Source of the DNA: Negativicutes bacterium
Lineage (GTDB): Bacteria > Bacillota > Negativicutes > UBA1444
Reading direction: 5' to 3'
Assembly (NCBI GenBank): GCA_963665275.2
Contig: CAXXIN010000015.1
Location: forward strand, 1 to 64,000
DNA length: 64,000 nt
The notes below the pieces were generated by a model that was given only the letters and a program-made list of their open reading frames with translations, was not told where the DNA came from and made no database searches. Numbering within the stretch: position 1 is the stretch's first letter; each line of letters opens with the position of its first letter. Shown piece by piece: positions 9,355 to 19,618 of the stretch. The position numbers were made by a program, and so were the translations under genes.

Positions 9355-9774
9355 TTATAAAGTATCCGAGAAGAAAGCTCCACACCTTGCGCGACCTGTT
9401 GCAGCATCAATATTATAAACAGCAGCCGGTTGTGCCGCACCATTAGCATTAGTTCCCCTCCATGCTCCCACAGGTGGCCTTAAAGTTGCGAAACCAGAAA
9501 GGTTAGCTTGTACAGCGACTCCAAAAGCAGTCGCATCAGTTGCAATATCAGCTACAGCCGCCACGGTAGCTCCATTTGCTACCGCTATACCAATAGCGCT
9601 ATCAATTGTCCTCAAATCGGCTGCCATTTTTGCGCCGCGCGCAGCTTCGTTTGCACTAGCAAATCTCGGTACCGCAATCGCAGCCAAAATACCGATGATT
9701 GCAACCACAACGAGCAGTTCGATGAGAGTAAATCCTTTACGATTGTTGAGTGACTTCCGGAACATTTTCAACAT
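9355..9774 (-). CDS. pilA: Type IV major pilin
   Basis: RKG|FTLIELLVVVAIIGILAAIAVP; follows pilC; has its own promoter and terminator. Confidence 0.9.
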   Translation of the reverse strand: MLKMFRKSLNNRKGFTLIELLVVVAIIGILAAIAVPRFASANEAARGAKMAADLRTIDSAIGIAVANGATVAAVADIATDATAFGVAVQANLSGFATLRPPVGAWRGTNANGAAQPAAVYNIDAATGRARCGAFFSDTL

Positions 9775-9863
9775 AATTTCTCCCTCTTTCTTAAAATAAT
9801 ACCGACGTAATCCTTTACAGTGCCTAAATTTCCACTTAACGAAGAATGAATTTCTATAGTCTG

Positions 9864-9892
9864 ATTTTATGTCCTATCCCACTTCTTGTCAA
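9864..9892 (-). promoter_or_regulatory. sigma70-type promoter of pilA
   Basis: TTGACA-17 bp-TAAAAT on the minus strand. Confidence 0.7.
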
Positions 9893-9978
9893 TCCATCTT
9901 GCAGCGGTTCTACTAATATTATCGTGATTTTCGCAAGTTTTCATCAGCCTGCTGCGCTTTCAAACTGAACGGCTCGCA

Positions 9979-11202
9979 TCACATGATTTTATTGACGTTG
10001 GTGATGACATCGAACATCGGTAGCAAAATGGAAATAATGATCGTGCCGATCACGATGCCGAGGAATCCGATCAGGAACGGTTCCAGTAGACTACTGAGAC
10101 GATTGACGAGATTCTCTGCGTCTTCTTCGTAGAAATCAGCCACTTTATCGAGCATCTTGTCGAGTTCCCCCGCTTCCTCGCCGACCCGCACCATCTGCAC
10201 TACCATTGGTGGAAAAATCCGGCTGGCTCCGAGGCGGGTGGATAGATTCTCACCCTCCTTTATACTGGTTTGCGACTCCGTTAGCGCCCTGCTGATCACG
10301 AGATTCCCTGTGGTGTTTTTCACTACCTCAAGCGCTGATAGCAGCGGTACGCCGCCCCGAATCAGGCTGGCCAGCGTCCGCGTAAAGCGGGCTACGGCGA
10401 CCTTGCGCACCAATATGCCGAAAACCGGCAGATGCAGGATCAGACGATCCCGCGCCTCCTGGACCGCCGGCTTCTGCAACGCCACTTTGATTCCAAGTGC
10501 ACCAGCCGCAATAGCGAGGAGCAATACCATCCAATTGTCCGTGAGGAAAGCGCTGATTCCCAGCAAGACGCGCGTCAGGAGCGGCAGCTCCGTATTCATC
10601 GATTTGAACATGCCCACGAACGTCGGCAGGATGAACGTCAGCACGAAGATGACCACCACGACCGCCATCGCCATGACGATGAGCGGATAGGTCATAGCCG
10701 CCTTCACTTTCTCAGTGAGACGCTCTTCCTTCTCGAAGTGTACCGCCAGCCGCTGCATGACCACGTCCAGCACCCCGCCCAGTTCCCCTGAGGCGACCAT
10801 GCTGATCATGATATTGGGGAAGACTGTGGGCGCTTCTTCCATCGTCCGGGCCAGTGACTTGCCTTCCTGCACGCCTTTATAAACTTTTTGCAGGGCATCT
10901 TTCAAGCGGGGATTCTCCGTTTGCTCGGAGAGAACGCCCAGACAAGTCAGGATCGGCAGCCCGGCTTCCAGCATCGTGGCGAATTGCCGGCAAAATATCG
11001 ACAGATCGCGGGTCTTGATGGGACGCAGATTCTGCAGCAATACGCCGATATCCTGCGTCGACTTGGCTTCCTTGATGCGGGTGACGAACATGCCTTTGCT
11101 GCGGACATGCCCCGCAACGCTCGCCTCGTCATCCGCGAGAATCAGTCCGGTGAATAAATGTCCGGCCGCATCCCGGGCCGTGTACTCATATTGTTTTGCC
11201 AT
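9979..11202 (-). CDS. pilC: T4P platform protein (GspF family)
   Basis: FCRQFATMLEAG, SGELGG.LD, AMTYP, VGEEAGELD..L.KVADFY, LLEP. Confidence 0.95.
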   Translation of the reverse strand: MAKQYEYTARDAAGHLFTGLILADDEASVAGHVRSKGMFVTRIKEAKSTQDIGVLLQNLRPIKTRDLSIFCRQFATMLEAGLPILTCLGVLSEQTENPRLKDALQKVYKGVQEGKSLARTMEEAPTVFPNIMISMVASGELGGVLDVVMQRLAVHFEKEERLTEKVKAAMTYPLIVMAMAVVVVIFVLTFILPTFVGMFKSMNTELPLLTRVLLGISAFLTDNWMVLLLAIAAGALGIKVALQKPAVQEARDRLILHLPVFGILVRKVAVARFTRTLASLIRGGVPLLSALEVVKNTTGNLVISRALTESQTSIKEGENLSTRLGASRIFPPMVVQMVRVGEEAGELDKMLDKVADFYEEDAENLVNRLSSLLEPFLIGFLGIVIGTIIISILLPMFDVITNVNKIM

Positions 11203-11214
11203 ATCGCATCCTGC

Positions 11215-12291
11215 TTATCCTTTTCTCAGCCGTAAAAAGGTTTCCGGGTCGGTTGCACGCATCAGGGCTTCGTCGTCCGCCAAGATTCCAGCGCGGCACA
11301 GATCCCGGAGCGCGGCATCCATGGACTGCATGCCGGATTTGGCGCCCGTCTGGATGACGGACAGGAGTTGGTGGGTCTTGCCTTCCCGGATCAGATTGCG
11401 CGCCGCCGGTGACGCGAGCAGGACTTCCACCGCCGCCACTCGCCCGCTGCGATCCTGACGAGGCATCAGTTGTTGGGAGATAACGCCCTGGAGAGTCATC
11501 GAAAGCTGTGACCGGATCTGCTGCTGCTGAAACGGTGGAAAAACGTCGATAATCCGATCGATGGTCTGGGCCGCGTCGCTCGTGTGCAGCGTCGCCAGCA
11601 CCAGATGCCCGGTTTCGGCCGCCCGCACCGCGATGCTGATGGTGTCCATATCCCGCATTTCTCCAACGAGGATGACATCGGGGTCTTCTCTGAGGGCCGC
11701 CCGGAGCCCGTTGGCGAAGCTCAGGGTATCCCCGCCGACTTCACGCTGGTTGATCAGGCTCATTTTGTGTCGGTGCAGATATTCGATGGGGTCTTCCAGC
11801 GTCAGGATGTTGCAGGCCCGTTCATTGTTGATGAGGTTGATCATAGCCGCCAGGGTCGTAGACTTCCCGCTGCCTGTAGGTCCGGTCACGAGGACGAGGC
11901 CTCGGGGTTTGCGCGCCAGCGTGGCCACGATCTCCGGCAATCCCAACTCTTCAATGGTAGGGATTTGCTCGGGTATGATCCGCACGGCGATGGCAACGGA
12001 ACCGCGCTGGCGAAAGGCATTGACCCGAAACCGGCTGAAACCCAGGATCGTGTAGGAAAAGTCCACTTCGCCGATTTTCACAAATTGAGCCCGCCGTTCC
12101 TCCGTCGTGAACGATTCAAACAGCTGCTGGGTATCCGCCACTCTCAGCGCCGGCAAGTCCAATTTGATGATATCGCCGTTGATCCTTAGCGTCGGCGGCA
12201 CACCGACTGTCAAATGAAGATCGGAGGCATGACGCCCGACGGCCTCCCGCAAAAGCTGATCCATGTCCAAAACCGCCGCACTTCCTTCCAT
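11215..12291 (-). CDS. pilT: T4P retraction ATPase
   Basis: ASDLHL, GPTGSGKSTT, LEDPIEY, ALREDPDVILVGEMRD, AARNLIRE (AIRNLIRE motif). Confidence 0.97.
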   Translation of the reverse strand: MEGSAAVLDMDQLLREAVGRHASDLHLTVGVPPTLRINGDIIKLDLPALRVADTQQLFESFTTEERRAQFVKIGEVDFSYTILGFSRFRVNAFRQRGSVAIAVRIIPEQIPTIEELGLPEIVATLARKPRGLVLVTGPTGSGKSTTLAAMINLINNERACNILTLEDPIEYLHRHKMSLINQREVGGDTLSFANGLRAALREDPDVILVGEMRDMDTISIAVRAAETGHLVLATLHTSDAAQTIDRIIDVFPPFQQQQIRSQLSMTLQGVISQQLMPRQDRSGRVAAVEVLLASPAARNLIREGKTHQLLSVIQTGAKSGMQSMDAALRDLCRAGILADDEALMRATDPETFLRLRKG

Positions 12292-12329
12292 TCACCACTA
12301 CATGTTTACACTATTGGTCGTTGCCGCAC

Positions 12330-14024
12330 TCATTCACCGGCATCCGAATAAGCCACCCGCATCAGTTCTTCCACCGTCGTCAACCCGGACCGAACTTTTT
12401 GCACTGCGTCCTGCTGCATGGTTTGCATGCCTTCCGCGATCGCCTCTTGCGCCAGTTCCGAAGTAGAAGCGCGCCGAACCACCATTTCGCGCAGTCGCGA
12501 AGTCATCGGCATCACCTCGTGCACTGCCATTCGTCCCCGATAGCCGGTGTTGCCGCAATGCAGGCAGCCTTTTCCCTGATAGACCATCTTGCATGCCTCG
12601 CCAGTTTCAGCCGTCACCAGGAATTCTGCGGAGTCAGGTTCCGGCTCATACGAAGTGCGGCACTCGGGGCAGATCGTGCGGACCAGTCGCTGGGCGATAC
12701 TGCCCAGCACAGAGGACGCGACCAGGAAAGGCTCGACCCCCATGTCGATCAGGCGGTTCACGGCGCCAGCGGCGTCATTGGTATGCAGGGTACTGAGCAC
12801 GAGATGGCCGGTCAAGGCAGCCCGGATGGCGATTTCCGCTGTTTCCCTGTCTCGGATCTCGCCCACCATGATGATGTTGGGGTCCTGCCGCAGGATGGAT
12901 CGCAAGCCGTTGGCGAAAGTCATGCCGGCCCGATTATTCACCTGCACCTGATTGATTCCATTCAGGCGGTATTCCACCGGGTCTTCGATCGTGATGATAT
13001 TCTTGGCGGCGGAGTTCAGCTCCGTCAGCGTCGAATACAGCGTCGTCGTTTTGCCGGAGCCGGTCGGCCCGGTGATCAGGATCATGCCGTAGGAATGCCG
13101 GTACATCCGTTTATATTTCTGCAGATTATTCGGCGAATAGCCCAGTGCATCCACATCCAAAATGATGGCTTTTTGATCCAGGATACGCATGACGATCTTT
13201 TCCCCGTAAATCGTGGGCAACGAGGACACCCGGACATCCACCGACCGCCCGGATTCCTGCACCTGGATTCGTCCGTCCTGCGGAACGCGTTTCTCGGCGA
13301 TATCCATATTGCTGATGATTTTTACCCGGGAGATGATCGCTCCCTGCGTATGTTTCGGGAAAGAAGTGATCTCACGCAGTACGCCGTCGACCCGGAATCG
13401 GACCCGCAGACCGTTCTCGAGCGGTTCGAGATGGATGTCGCTGGCGCCTGTCCGGATGGACTGACTGATGAGGGAGTTCACGATATTGATGACTGGAGCG
13501 TCCTCCGATGTCTCGATGTCCGATGAATACACATATTCATCTTTATTCAGCCGGCTGACCGATTTCTCGACCAGATCGGAAACGTTGTAGGACTGTTCGA
13601 TCGCGTGTCGGATATCCGCTTCGGATGCCATCACCGGTTCGATGTCGCATTGAGTGACCATCCGCAAATCATCGATCGCGAAAAAATTGGTGGGATCGAC
13701 CATGGCCACCACTAGACGGTTGCCTACTTTGCGGACCGGTATCACATGGTGCCGCTCCGCCAGCGACATCGGAATCAGCCGCACCGCTTCCTTGACCGGC
13801 GGAGTTACCGACAGATCGATCAACGGGATGCCCAGGGCTTCTTCCAATACCTTGAGCAAGCTTGCTTCCGTAATGACGCCCTGTTGCACCAGGACGCGTC
13901 CCAGACGTTCTCCCGAGCGTTTGTGGGCCGCCAGGGCTTTTTCGAGCTGTTCGGGTGTGACTTTCCCCGCTTCCACGAGCATTTCGCCCAGTCGTTTACG
14001 CACTTTCAAGTGAGGTTCCTCCAT
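12330..14024 (-). CDS. pilB: T4P assembly ATPase with N-terminal MshEN-like segment
   Basis: RLGEML..AG / RLGRVL repeats, ASDIHLEP, GPTGSGKTTT, LRQDP, CPEC...CLHC Zn site. Confidence 0.96.
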   Translation of the reverse strand: MEEPHLKVRKRLGEMLVEAGKVTPEQLEKALAAHKRSGERLGRVLVQQGVITEASLLKVLEEALGIPLIDLSVTPPVKEAVRLIPMSLAERHHVIPVRKVGNRLVVAMVDPTNFFAIDDLRMVTQCDIEPVMASEADIRHAIEQSYNVSDLVEKSVSRLNKDEYVYSSDIETSEDAPVINIVNSLISQSIRTGASDIHLEPLENGLRVRFRVDGVLREITSFPKHTQGAIISRVKIISNMDIAEKRVPQDGRIQVQESGRSVDVRVSSLPTIYGEKIVMRILDQKAIILDVDALGYSPNNLQKYKRMYRHSYGMILITGPTGSGKTTTLYSTLTELNSAAKNIITIEDPVEYRLNGINQVQVNNRAGMTFANGLRSILRQDPNIIMVGEIRDRETAEIAIRAALTGHLVLSTLHTNDAAGAVNRLIDMGVEPFLVASSVLGSIAQRLVRTICPECRTSYEPEPDSAEFLVTAETGEACKMVYQGKGCLHCGNTGYRGRMAVHEVMPMTSRLREMVVRRASTSELAQEAIAEGMQTMQQDAVQKVRSGLTTVEELMRVAYSDAGE

Positions 14025-14085
14025 CAGGCATTTCGATATAGTTTCAACAATAGGAAAAAGAATTCCTCTTTTTTGCAGTGGCTTC

Positions 14086-15546
14086 TCACAAGGTCACGCC
14101 GCCCTTGAAGAGGGTGAAGTCGCGTGATCCCATCAGTTCGGAGCGGGTCTGTGCGCCGGAGGCGGCGGCGATCATTTTTTCGAACAGCTCCAGACTTAGC
14201 TGCTCCATGGACGTTCCTGTGAGCAAGCGCCCCGCATTGAAGTCCATCCAGCGATTTTTCTTCTGAAACAGCGCCTCGTTGGTGGCGATTTTGAAGGCCG
14301 GTACGAGCGTTCCGAGCGGGGTTCCCCGTCCCGTGGTAAACAGGATGAGTTGGCAACCGGCAGCAGCTAGGGCCGTGACGGCGACCAGGTCGTTCCCGGG
14401 GCCGGACAGGAGCGTCAAGCCTTTTTTTCTGATGCGGCCGGTATAGGGAAGCACGTCCGTGACGGCTGAGGTACCGCCCTTCTGCGTACAGCCGAGCGAC
14501 TTCTCTTCCAGGGTAGTGATGCCGCCGTCTTTGTTGCCCGGCGAGGGATTTTCATACACCACTTGGTTGTGGGCATTATAATAACGTTTGAAATCATTGA
14601 TCATGGCGACGATGTCATGGAAAACACCCTCATAGCGGGCCCGGGCCATCAGCAGCGTCTCCGCGCCGAACATCTCAGGCACTTCCGTCAGCACTGCGCT
14701 GCCGCCCATGGCGATCACGCGGTCGGCAATCGTACCGACGAGAGGGTTGGCGGTGATGCCGGAGAAGGCGTCCGAACCGCCGCACTTCAGGCCGAGGACC
14801 AGCTCGGAGATCGGACAGTCCGAACGGGCGGTCTTCGAAGCATGGACGACCAATTTTTCGATAGCTTCGACGCCTGCCGATATTTCATCGTCCACGCTCT
14901 GGGCATTGATGAACTGGACGCGGTTCGCATCCCACTCGCCGAGAACCTTTTGAAATGCAGTGATGTTGTTGTTCTCGCAGCCCAATCCGAGGATCAGCAC
15001 TCCACCGGCATTCGGATGCCGCACGAGATTGGCCAGGATCTCTTGGGTCTGGAGATGATCTTCTCCCATCTGGGAGCAGCCGTACGGATGCGGAAAGGCG
15101 TAAATACCGTCAATGTTCGGCATGATGTCAAATTGACGGGTCGCCTCTGCCGCAATGATTTCAGCGTTGCGATTGACGCAGCCGACGGTCGGGATGATCC
15201 AGATTTCATTGCGGGTTCCGACCCGTCCGTCAGGACGCCGGTAGCCTCGGAAGGTCGCAGGGACGAGCGTTGTCTGCGGCGCGAGATCTGGTTTATATTC
15301 ATACTCCAGCACTTCTCCCAGCCCAGTCGCGAGATTGTGGACATGGACCCAGTGACCGGCAGGAATGTCTACGGTGGCTGTGCCGATCATCTGGCCGTAT
15401 TTGATGATGCGCTCGCCTTTGGCGATAGAGCGCAGACTGATCTTGTGCGCGGTTGGCACCGCTTCGGCGGCGAACCCGTCGCCAGCGGCGATATCCGAGA
15501 GAGCTACCGCGACATTATCGAGCGGGTGAATCTGCAATATGTTCAT
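14086..15546 (-). CDS. uxaA: Altronate dehydratase (UxaA family)
   Basis: HPLDNVAVAL SAF domain, HPYGCSQ, GLKCGGSD, ENPSPGNKDGG, FTTGRGTP. Confidence 0.93.
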   Translation of the reverse strand: MNILQIHPLDNVAVALSDIAAGDGFAAEAVPTAHKISLRSIAKGERIIKYGQMIGTATVDIPAGHWVHVHNLATGLGEVLEYEYKPDLAPQTTLVPATFRGYRRPDGRVGTRNEIWIIPTVGCVNRNAEIIAAEATRQFDIMPNIDGIYAFPHPYGCSQMGEDHLQTQEILANLVRHPNAGGVLILGLGCENNNITAFQKVLGEWDANRVQFINAQSVDDEISAGVEAIEKLVVHASKTARSDCPISELVLGLKCGGSDAFSGITANPLVGTIADRVIAMGGSAVLTEVPEMFGAETLLMARARYEGVFHDIVAMINDFKRYYNAHNQVVYENPSPGNKDGGITTLEEKSLGCTQKGGTSAVTDVLPYTGRIRKKGLTLLSGPGNDLVAVTALAAAGCQLILFTTGRGTPLGTLVPAFKIATNEALFQKKNRWMDFNAGRLLTGTSMEQLSLELFEKMIAAASGAQTRSELMGSRDFTLFKGGVTL

Positions 15547-15804
15547 GTCTTTTCACTCCTATCCATTTGCTTTGAAATAAATTATAATAAAATCATGGTT
15601 CAATGGAAACGTGACGGGGGGTGTTCTTCATAGAACCCTATATCGGAGACATCGGCATCGTCCTTTTACTCTCCCTGGTGTTATTATACTATCAATGGGA
15701 TTCTTTATTTCACGACAGATAGAAAAAGAAGCTCTCCGCATCGAATTTCGATCGCAGGGAGCTTTTAATTTTTTGCAGTAGCCGAGCGCGAACGTTCTAC
15801 CGGG

Positions 15805-16371
15805 TCAGACCAGGGGCAGTTCCTGATATTCGGGCAGCTTGACGGCAGCGGCCAACGCCTGGGTCAGGAAGGCCACGTGCTCAGCGAAGTCCACTCCCAT
15901 ATCGGCAGCGCCGCCCGTGAGCGTCTCGCGGTTGACCGCCCTGGCAAAAGCCTTGTCTTTCATTTTTTTCATCACTGACTTGACTTCGAGGTTGTCCAGA
16001 CTGCGATCAGGCCTCACCAGCGCACAGGCAATGATAAACCCCGTCATTTCGTCAACCGCCAGCAGGGTTTTCTGCAACTGGGTTCTCTCCGGTTCCCACA
16101 CACGGCTGTGCGATTCAACGTTCGTGATGAACTCGTCGTCATAGCCGACTGCGGACAATATTTCCCGGGCATGGTGCGGATGATCGTGCGGGAATTTCTC
16201 GAAATCCACATCGTGCAACAGACCAACCGCGCCCCAATACTCGGGGTCCCCGCCGAACTTCCCTGCATAAGCCCGCATGGCGATTTCCACGGCTAAGCAA
16301 TGTTTGAGCAGTACTTCGCTGCTGACATGTTGTCGCAGCTGATTCCATGCTTTCTGTCTTGTTTCCGTCAT
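15805..16371 (-). CDS. HD-superfamily hydrolase
   Basis: KHCLAVE, GLLHDVD, DEMTG, SVMKKMKDKAFA. Confidence 0.88.
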   Translation of the reverse strand: MTETRQKAWNQLRQHVSSEVLLKHCLAVEIAMRAYAGKFGGDPEYWGAVGLLHDVDFEKFPHDHPHHAREILSAVGYDDEFITNVESHSRVWEPERTQLQKTLLAVDEMTGFIIACALVRPDRSLDNLEVKSVMKKMKDKAFARAVNRETLTGGAADMGVDFAEHVAFLTQALAAAVKLPEYQELPLV

Positions 16372-16414
16372 CGTCTAAAGCCTCCCTGTTATTTTCATGG
16401 GCAAGGGTCGAAAT

Positions 16415-16445
16415 AGAAAAAGGACCGCGTGAGGCGGTCCTTTTA
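16415..16445 (-). terminator. Intrinsic terminator after nlpC
   Basis: aaaaaggaccgc-gtga-ggcggtcctttt. Confidence 0.65.
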
Positions 16446-16455
16446 GTTTTGCCGA

Positions 16456-17130
16456 TTACATTACCCGCCGGGCTCCGATATAGCGCTCGCCCCAATAGTG
16501 TCCGTACAAGTCGGCCACGACCACACCGCGGCTCGAGGTCGCGCTGATGAACTGGCTGTTACCGATATAGATTCCAACATGAGAAGGGCCGGGCTCGTAA
16601 GTTTCAAAAAACACGAGATCGCCGGGTTGCAACCGTTCCGATGAAACCGGACGGCCCACGCCGAACTGTTCGTCCGCCATGCGGGGCAGATTGACCCCGA
16701 TACTCGAGAATACGTACCGAACGAATCCCGAGCAGTCGAACCCACGCGGGGAAGTGCCGCCGAACCAGTAGGGTACGCCGACATACTGAAAGCTGGACGC
16801 AATGAGCCTTCGGACCGAAGCGGTCGAAGCGCCACGGCTGACCGGCAGATCCCGGCCGATCAGGGTTTTGTACAGATCTGGACTTATTTTCCCATCCGCA
16901 GGCAAATTCTTATCTTTTTGCATCGTCTTGACAGCATCCGCCGTCACGTCGCCGTAAACACCATCCATGGAGCCGACCACGTATCCCATCTGGGACAATT
17001 TCTCCTGAACCGCCTGGACTTCATCTCCCCGGTCCCCAACTTGCAAAGGTTCTTCCGGTGCAGCATACGCTGCAGGCATAAGCAGAACTACAGAAACCGC
17101 CAACAAAATAAGAATGCGAATAATGCGCAA
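16456..17130 (-). CDS. NlpC/P60 (C40) peptidoglycan endopeptidase with PG-binding domain
   Basis: Signal peptide; DG.YG..T PG_binding_1 motif; GVPY.FGG..GFDCSG, HVGIY. Confidence 0.93.
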   Translation of the reverse strand: MRIIRILILLAVSVVLLMPAAYAAPEEPLQVGDRGDEVQAVQEKLSQMGYVVGSMDGVYGDVTADAVKTMQKDKNLPADGKISPDLYKTLIGRDLPVSRGASTASVRRLIASSFQYVGVPYWFGGTSPRGFDCSGFVRYVFSSIGVNLPRMADEQFGVGRPVSSERLQPGDLVFFETYEPGPSHVGIYIGNSQFISATSSRGVVVADLYGHYWGERYIGARRVM

Positions 17131-17140
17131 AGGTCGCGCT

Positions 17141-17254
17141 CCTCTCTGGTTGCCTCCGAGGTTAGCTGACGGGTTAGGGTTGAAGACACCCCACTCGAAA
17201 ATCCGAGTTTCACCCCACTATTGGTTCCCCCGTACCTGAGCTGGATTCGGCTAT
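17141..17254 (-). ncRNA. c-di-AMP (ydaO/yuaA) riboswitch
   Basis: Minus strand GCCGAATCC..AGGTACGGGGGAACC..TGGGGTGAA...AACCCGTCAGCTAACCTCGGAGGC, upstream of a cell-wall hydrolase. Confidence 0.9.
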
Positions 17255-17313
17255 GTTAAAAAGCTCACTTTATTTGTATTCGTTGTATCGGTCAAAAATC
17301 CTGCCAACTTAAA

Positions 17314-18246
17314 TTATTTTTTTCGCAATTCCTCGCGCACCAGATATAATGGGCGTTGCTTCACTTCCTCGAAAATTCGGCCCACATATTCTCCGATGAT
17401 TCCGATTCCGATGAGCTGCAATCCGCCGAGCAAGAGAATGCTGGCCGAAGTGGTCGCCCAACCGGGAACGGCTTCTTCCGTGAAAAATTTGATGAACAGG
17501 ACATGTCCAAGCAACAAAAAACTGCCGGCGCCCAACAGCAATCCCATATAAAAAGCAATCCGCAGCGGCACCCGCGAATAGGCCGTGATCCCGTCCAGCG
17601 CAAAGTGCAGCATCTTGCCGATGGAAAATTTGGATTTGCCGGCGTGCCTAGGCGGAGCCACGAATTCGATGTACTCCTGCCGGTAACCGATCGAGCTGAT
17701 AATACCCCGGATAAATTTGGCGCGTTCGCCGAAGCGGCGAAAACTGAGCACGACCTTGCGGTCGAGCAGGCGGAAGTCTGATCCGCCCTCCACGATCTTG
17801 ATCTTCGAAATCGCATTGATCAATTGATAGAAAAGTCGTGATGTCAGTTTCTTGAAAAAAGAAACACCGGCAGTATCCTTGCGGATCGTCTGCACGACCT
17901 CCGCCCCCGCTTCCCACCTCGAGATCAGCTCAGGCAACAGAGCCGGCGGGTGCTGCAGATCGCCATCCATCGTGATGATTGCATCGCCCTCAGCGTTATC
18001 CATGCCACAGGTCAGAGCTGTCTGAAAGCCGAAGTTGCGGGCCAGAATCAGCGCCCGCACGCGAGAATCTTCCTGCGTGAGCCGGTCCAGCACCAACGGC
18101 GTCGCGTCCTTCGATCCGTCGTCAATGAACACCAGTTCAAACTGATAGGGCAACGGTTCCAGATAATGAACGACTTCGCGGTACAACACGTCGATGTTTT
18201 CCTGTTCATTATAGACCGGCACCACTACCGACAGTAGCTTCTTCAC
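17314..18246 (-). CDS. Family 2 polyisoprenyl-phosphate glycosyltransferase (GtrB-like)
   Basis: SVVVPVYNE, DDGSKD, RNFG, MDGDLQHPP, EEVKQRPLY; GTG start overlaps the aroH stop. Confidence 0.92.
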   Translation of the reverse strand: MKKLLSVVVPVYNEQENIDVLYREVVHYLEPLPYQFELVFIDDGSKDATPLVLDRLTQEDSRVRALILARNFGFQTALTCGMDNAEGDAIITMDGDLQHPPALLPELISRWEAGAEVVQTIRKDTAGVSFFKKLTSRLFYQLINAISKIKIVEGGSDFRLLDRKVVLSFRRFGERAKFIRGIISSIGYRQEYIEFVAPPRHAGKSKFSIGKMLHFALDGITAYSRVPLRIAFYMGLLLGAGSFLLLGHVLFIKFFTEEAVPGWATTSASILLLGGLQLIGIGIIGEYVGRIFEEVKQRPLYLVREELRKK

Positions 18247-18614
18247 CGCTGCGCCTCCGCAGACAAGTCGGGTCGCAGCACGACGGCTCCCCCTTGATAA
18301 ACCGGCTGGATCTCGTGCTGCGGTTTGTCTGTGTTCAGCAAGATCAATACCCGGATACAAAGTGGAATCCCTGCCTCGCAGTCCAGTTCCTGCGTACCAA
18401 ACAGGGGAACATCATTCCAGCCCAATTCCCTGGCGGCCGCCGCCGGAAACGCCGCATTGAGGTCCGGGGTCGAGCTGAAGATAACTGCGGCAATGTCGCC
18501 CGGTGTGAGCGCATTGGCTTTGCTCAGCGCAACCAGCAGGTTTTTCGTTGCAGATCGGATCAAGTCCGGTTCGTTGGCAATGGCGGTAGTGGCTCCCCGA
18601 ACGCCTCTCAGCAT
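18243..18614 (-). CDS. aroH: Chorismate mutase, AroH class
   Basis: RGVRGAT, DLNAAFPA.AAR, CIRVL, LRPDL. Confidence 0.93.
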   Translation of the reverse strand: MLRGVRGATTAIANEPDLIRSATKNLLVALSKANALTPGDIAAVIFSSTPDLNAAFPAAAARELGWNDVPLFGTQELDCEAGIPLCIRVLILLNTDKPQHEIQPVYQGGAVVLRPDLSAEAQR

Positions 18615-18631
18615 AGGTTTCGCAGCCTCCC

Positions 18632-19618
18632 TTACTTTTCGGAATAAATACAATAGGGGTCTTCAGCCAGGTAATCGCCGCCGGAAGCATGCCAGGCCCG
18701 GGCACGACAGCCGCCACAACGACTCTGGTATTCACAGACGCCGCATTGCCCCCCCAGCTCTGCCCGCCGCAAGTCGGCAAACAGCGGGGACTCCCGCCAA
18801 AGATTGGCGAACCCGCTCTGACGGATATTGCCGGCTTTCAGCGGAAAATAGGGACAGGGTTGCAGATCGCCGTTGGGGAGGATCACACAGTAAGCTGTGC
18901 CGGCGATGCAGCCTTTGCTAAAGCGCATCGGGATGCCTTTTTCCGCGGCGACCCGCATGAACTGGGGCGCGCAGGTCGGCTTCAATTCGATGGAAACCTG
19001 ACGCTGTTTTTCCAGTATTTTTTGCAGCAGCGCTTCCTGCTGGGCGACCGGTAGGCTGCGGTCTTTGATATTGTCACCCCGTCCTGTCGGAACCAGAAAA
19101 AACACATGATGCGCTACAGCGCCCCACTCGATGGCCTGGTCGGTAATGTCCAGCGTTTCGGCTTCATTCCAGTCCATGACAGTCGTGTGGACCTGGAACG
19201 GCAAGCCCGCCTCGCGGCATGCGCGCATCCCGGCGACTGTCGCTTCCCAGGCCCCGGAGGACTGCCGGAACCAGTCGTGTTTTTCGGCGGAAAGGCTGTC
19301 CAGACTGATCCCCGCCGCCGCCAGCCCCGCCTCTTTCAACTCCGCGACTTTCGCCGGGGTCAGCAAGATACCGTTGGTCCCGAGCACCGGGCGCAGGTTC
19401 AGTGACTTCGCATGTGCGATCAGTTCCATCAGGTCTGGGCGCAAGAGTGGCTCGCCGCCACTGAAGACGAAAATCCGAAAACCGCAGGCCGCAGCCTCTT
19501 CCAGCAGTTTCTTGCCCTCGGCGGTACTCAGCTCGTCCCGCAGACAATCGCCGGCGTCGCGGTAACAGTGCAGACAATGAATGTTACAAGCCTGGGTGGT
19601 GTTCCAGGAAATCAGCAT
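18632..19618 (-). CDS. ahbD: Radical SAM/SPASM heme synthase AhbD (NirJ2-like)
   Basis: ISWNTT.ACNIHCLHC, LVPTGRG, KPTCAPQF, GCIAG, SPASM cysteines. Confidence 0.82.
   Translation of the reverse strand: MLISWNTTQACNIHCLHCYRDAGDCLRDELSTAEGKKLLEEAAACGFRIFVFSGGEPLLRPDLMELIAHAKSLNLRPVLGTNGILLTPAKVAELKEAGLAAAGISLDSLSAEKHDWFRQSSGAWEATVAGMRACREAGLPFQVHTTVMDWNEAETLDITDQAIEWGAVAHHVFFLVPTGRGDNIKDRSLPVAQQEALLQKILEKQRQVSIELKPTCAPQFMRVAAEKGIPMRFSKGCIAGTAYCVILPNGDLQPCPYFPLKAGNIRQSGFANLWRESPLFADLRRAELGGQCGVCEYQSRCGGCRARAWHASGGDYLAEDPYCIYSEK

Noticed and set aside
9780-9975. Possible c-di-GMP riboswitch before pilA
   Set aside because: No GEMM consensus recognisable; only a sigma70 promoter.
12321-13526. 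401-aa plus-strand ORF (likewise 14563..15633, 5315..6088, and minus-strand 62732..63622)
   Set aside because: Antisense shadows of pilB, uxaA, the primase and the MCO.
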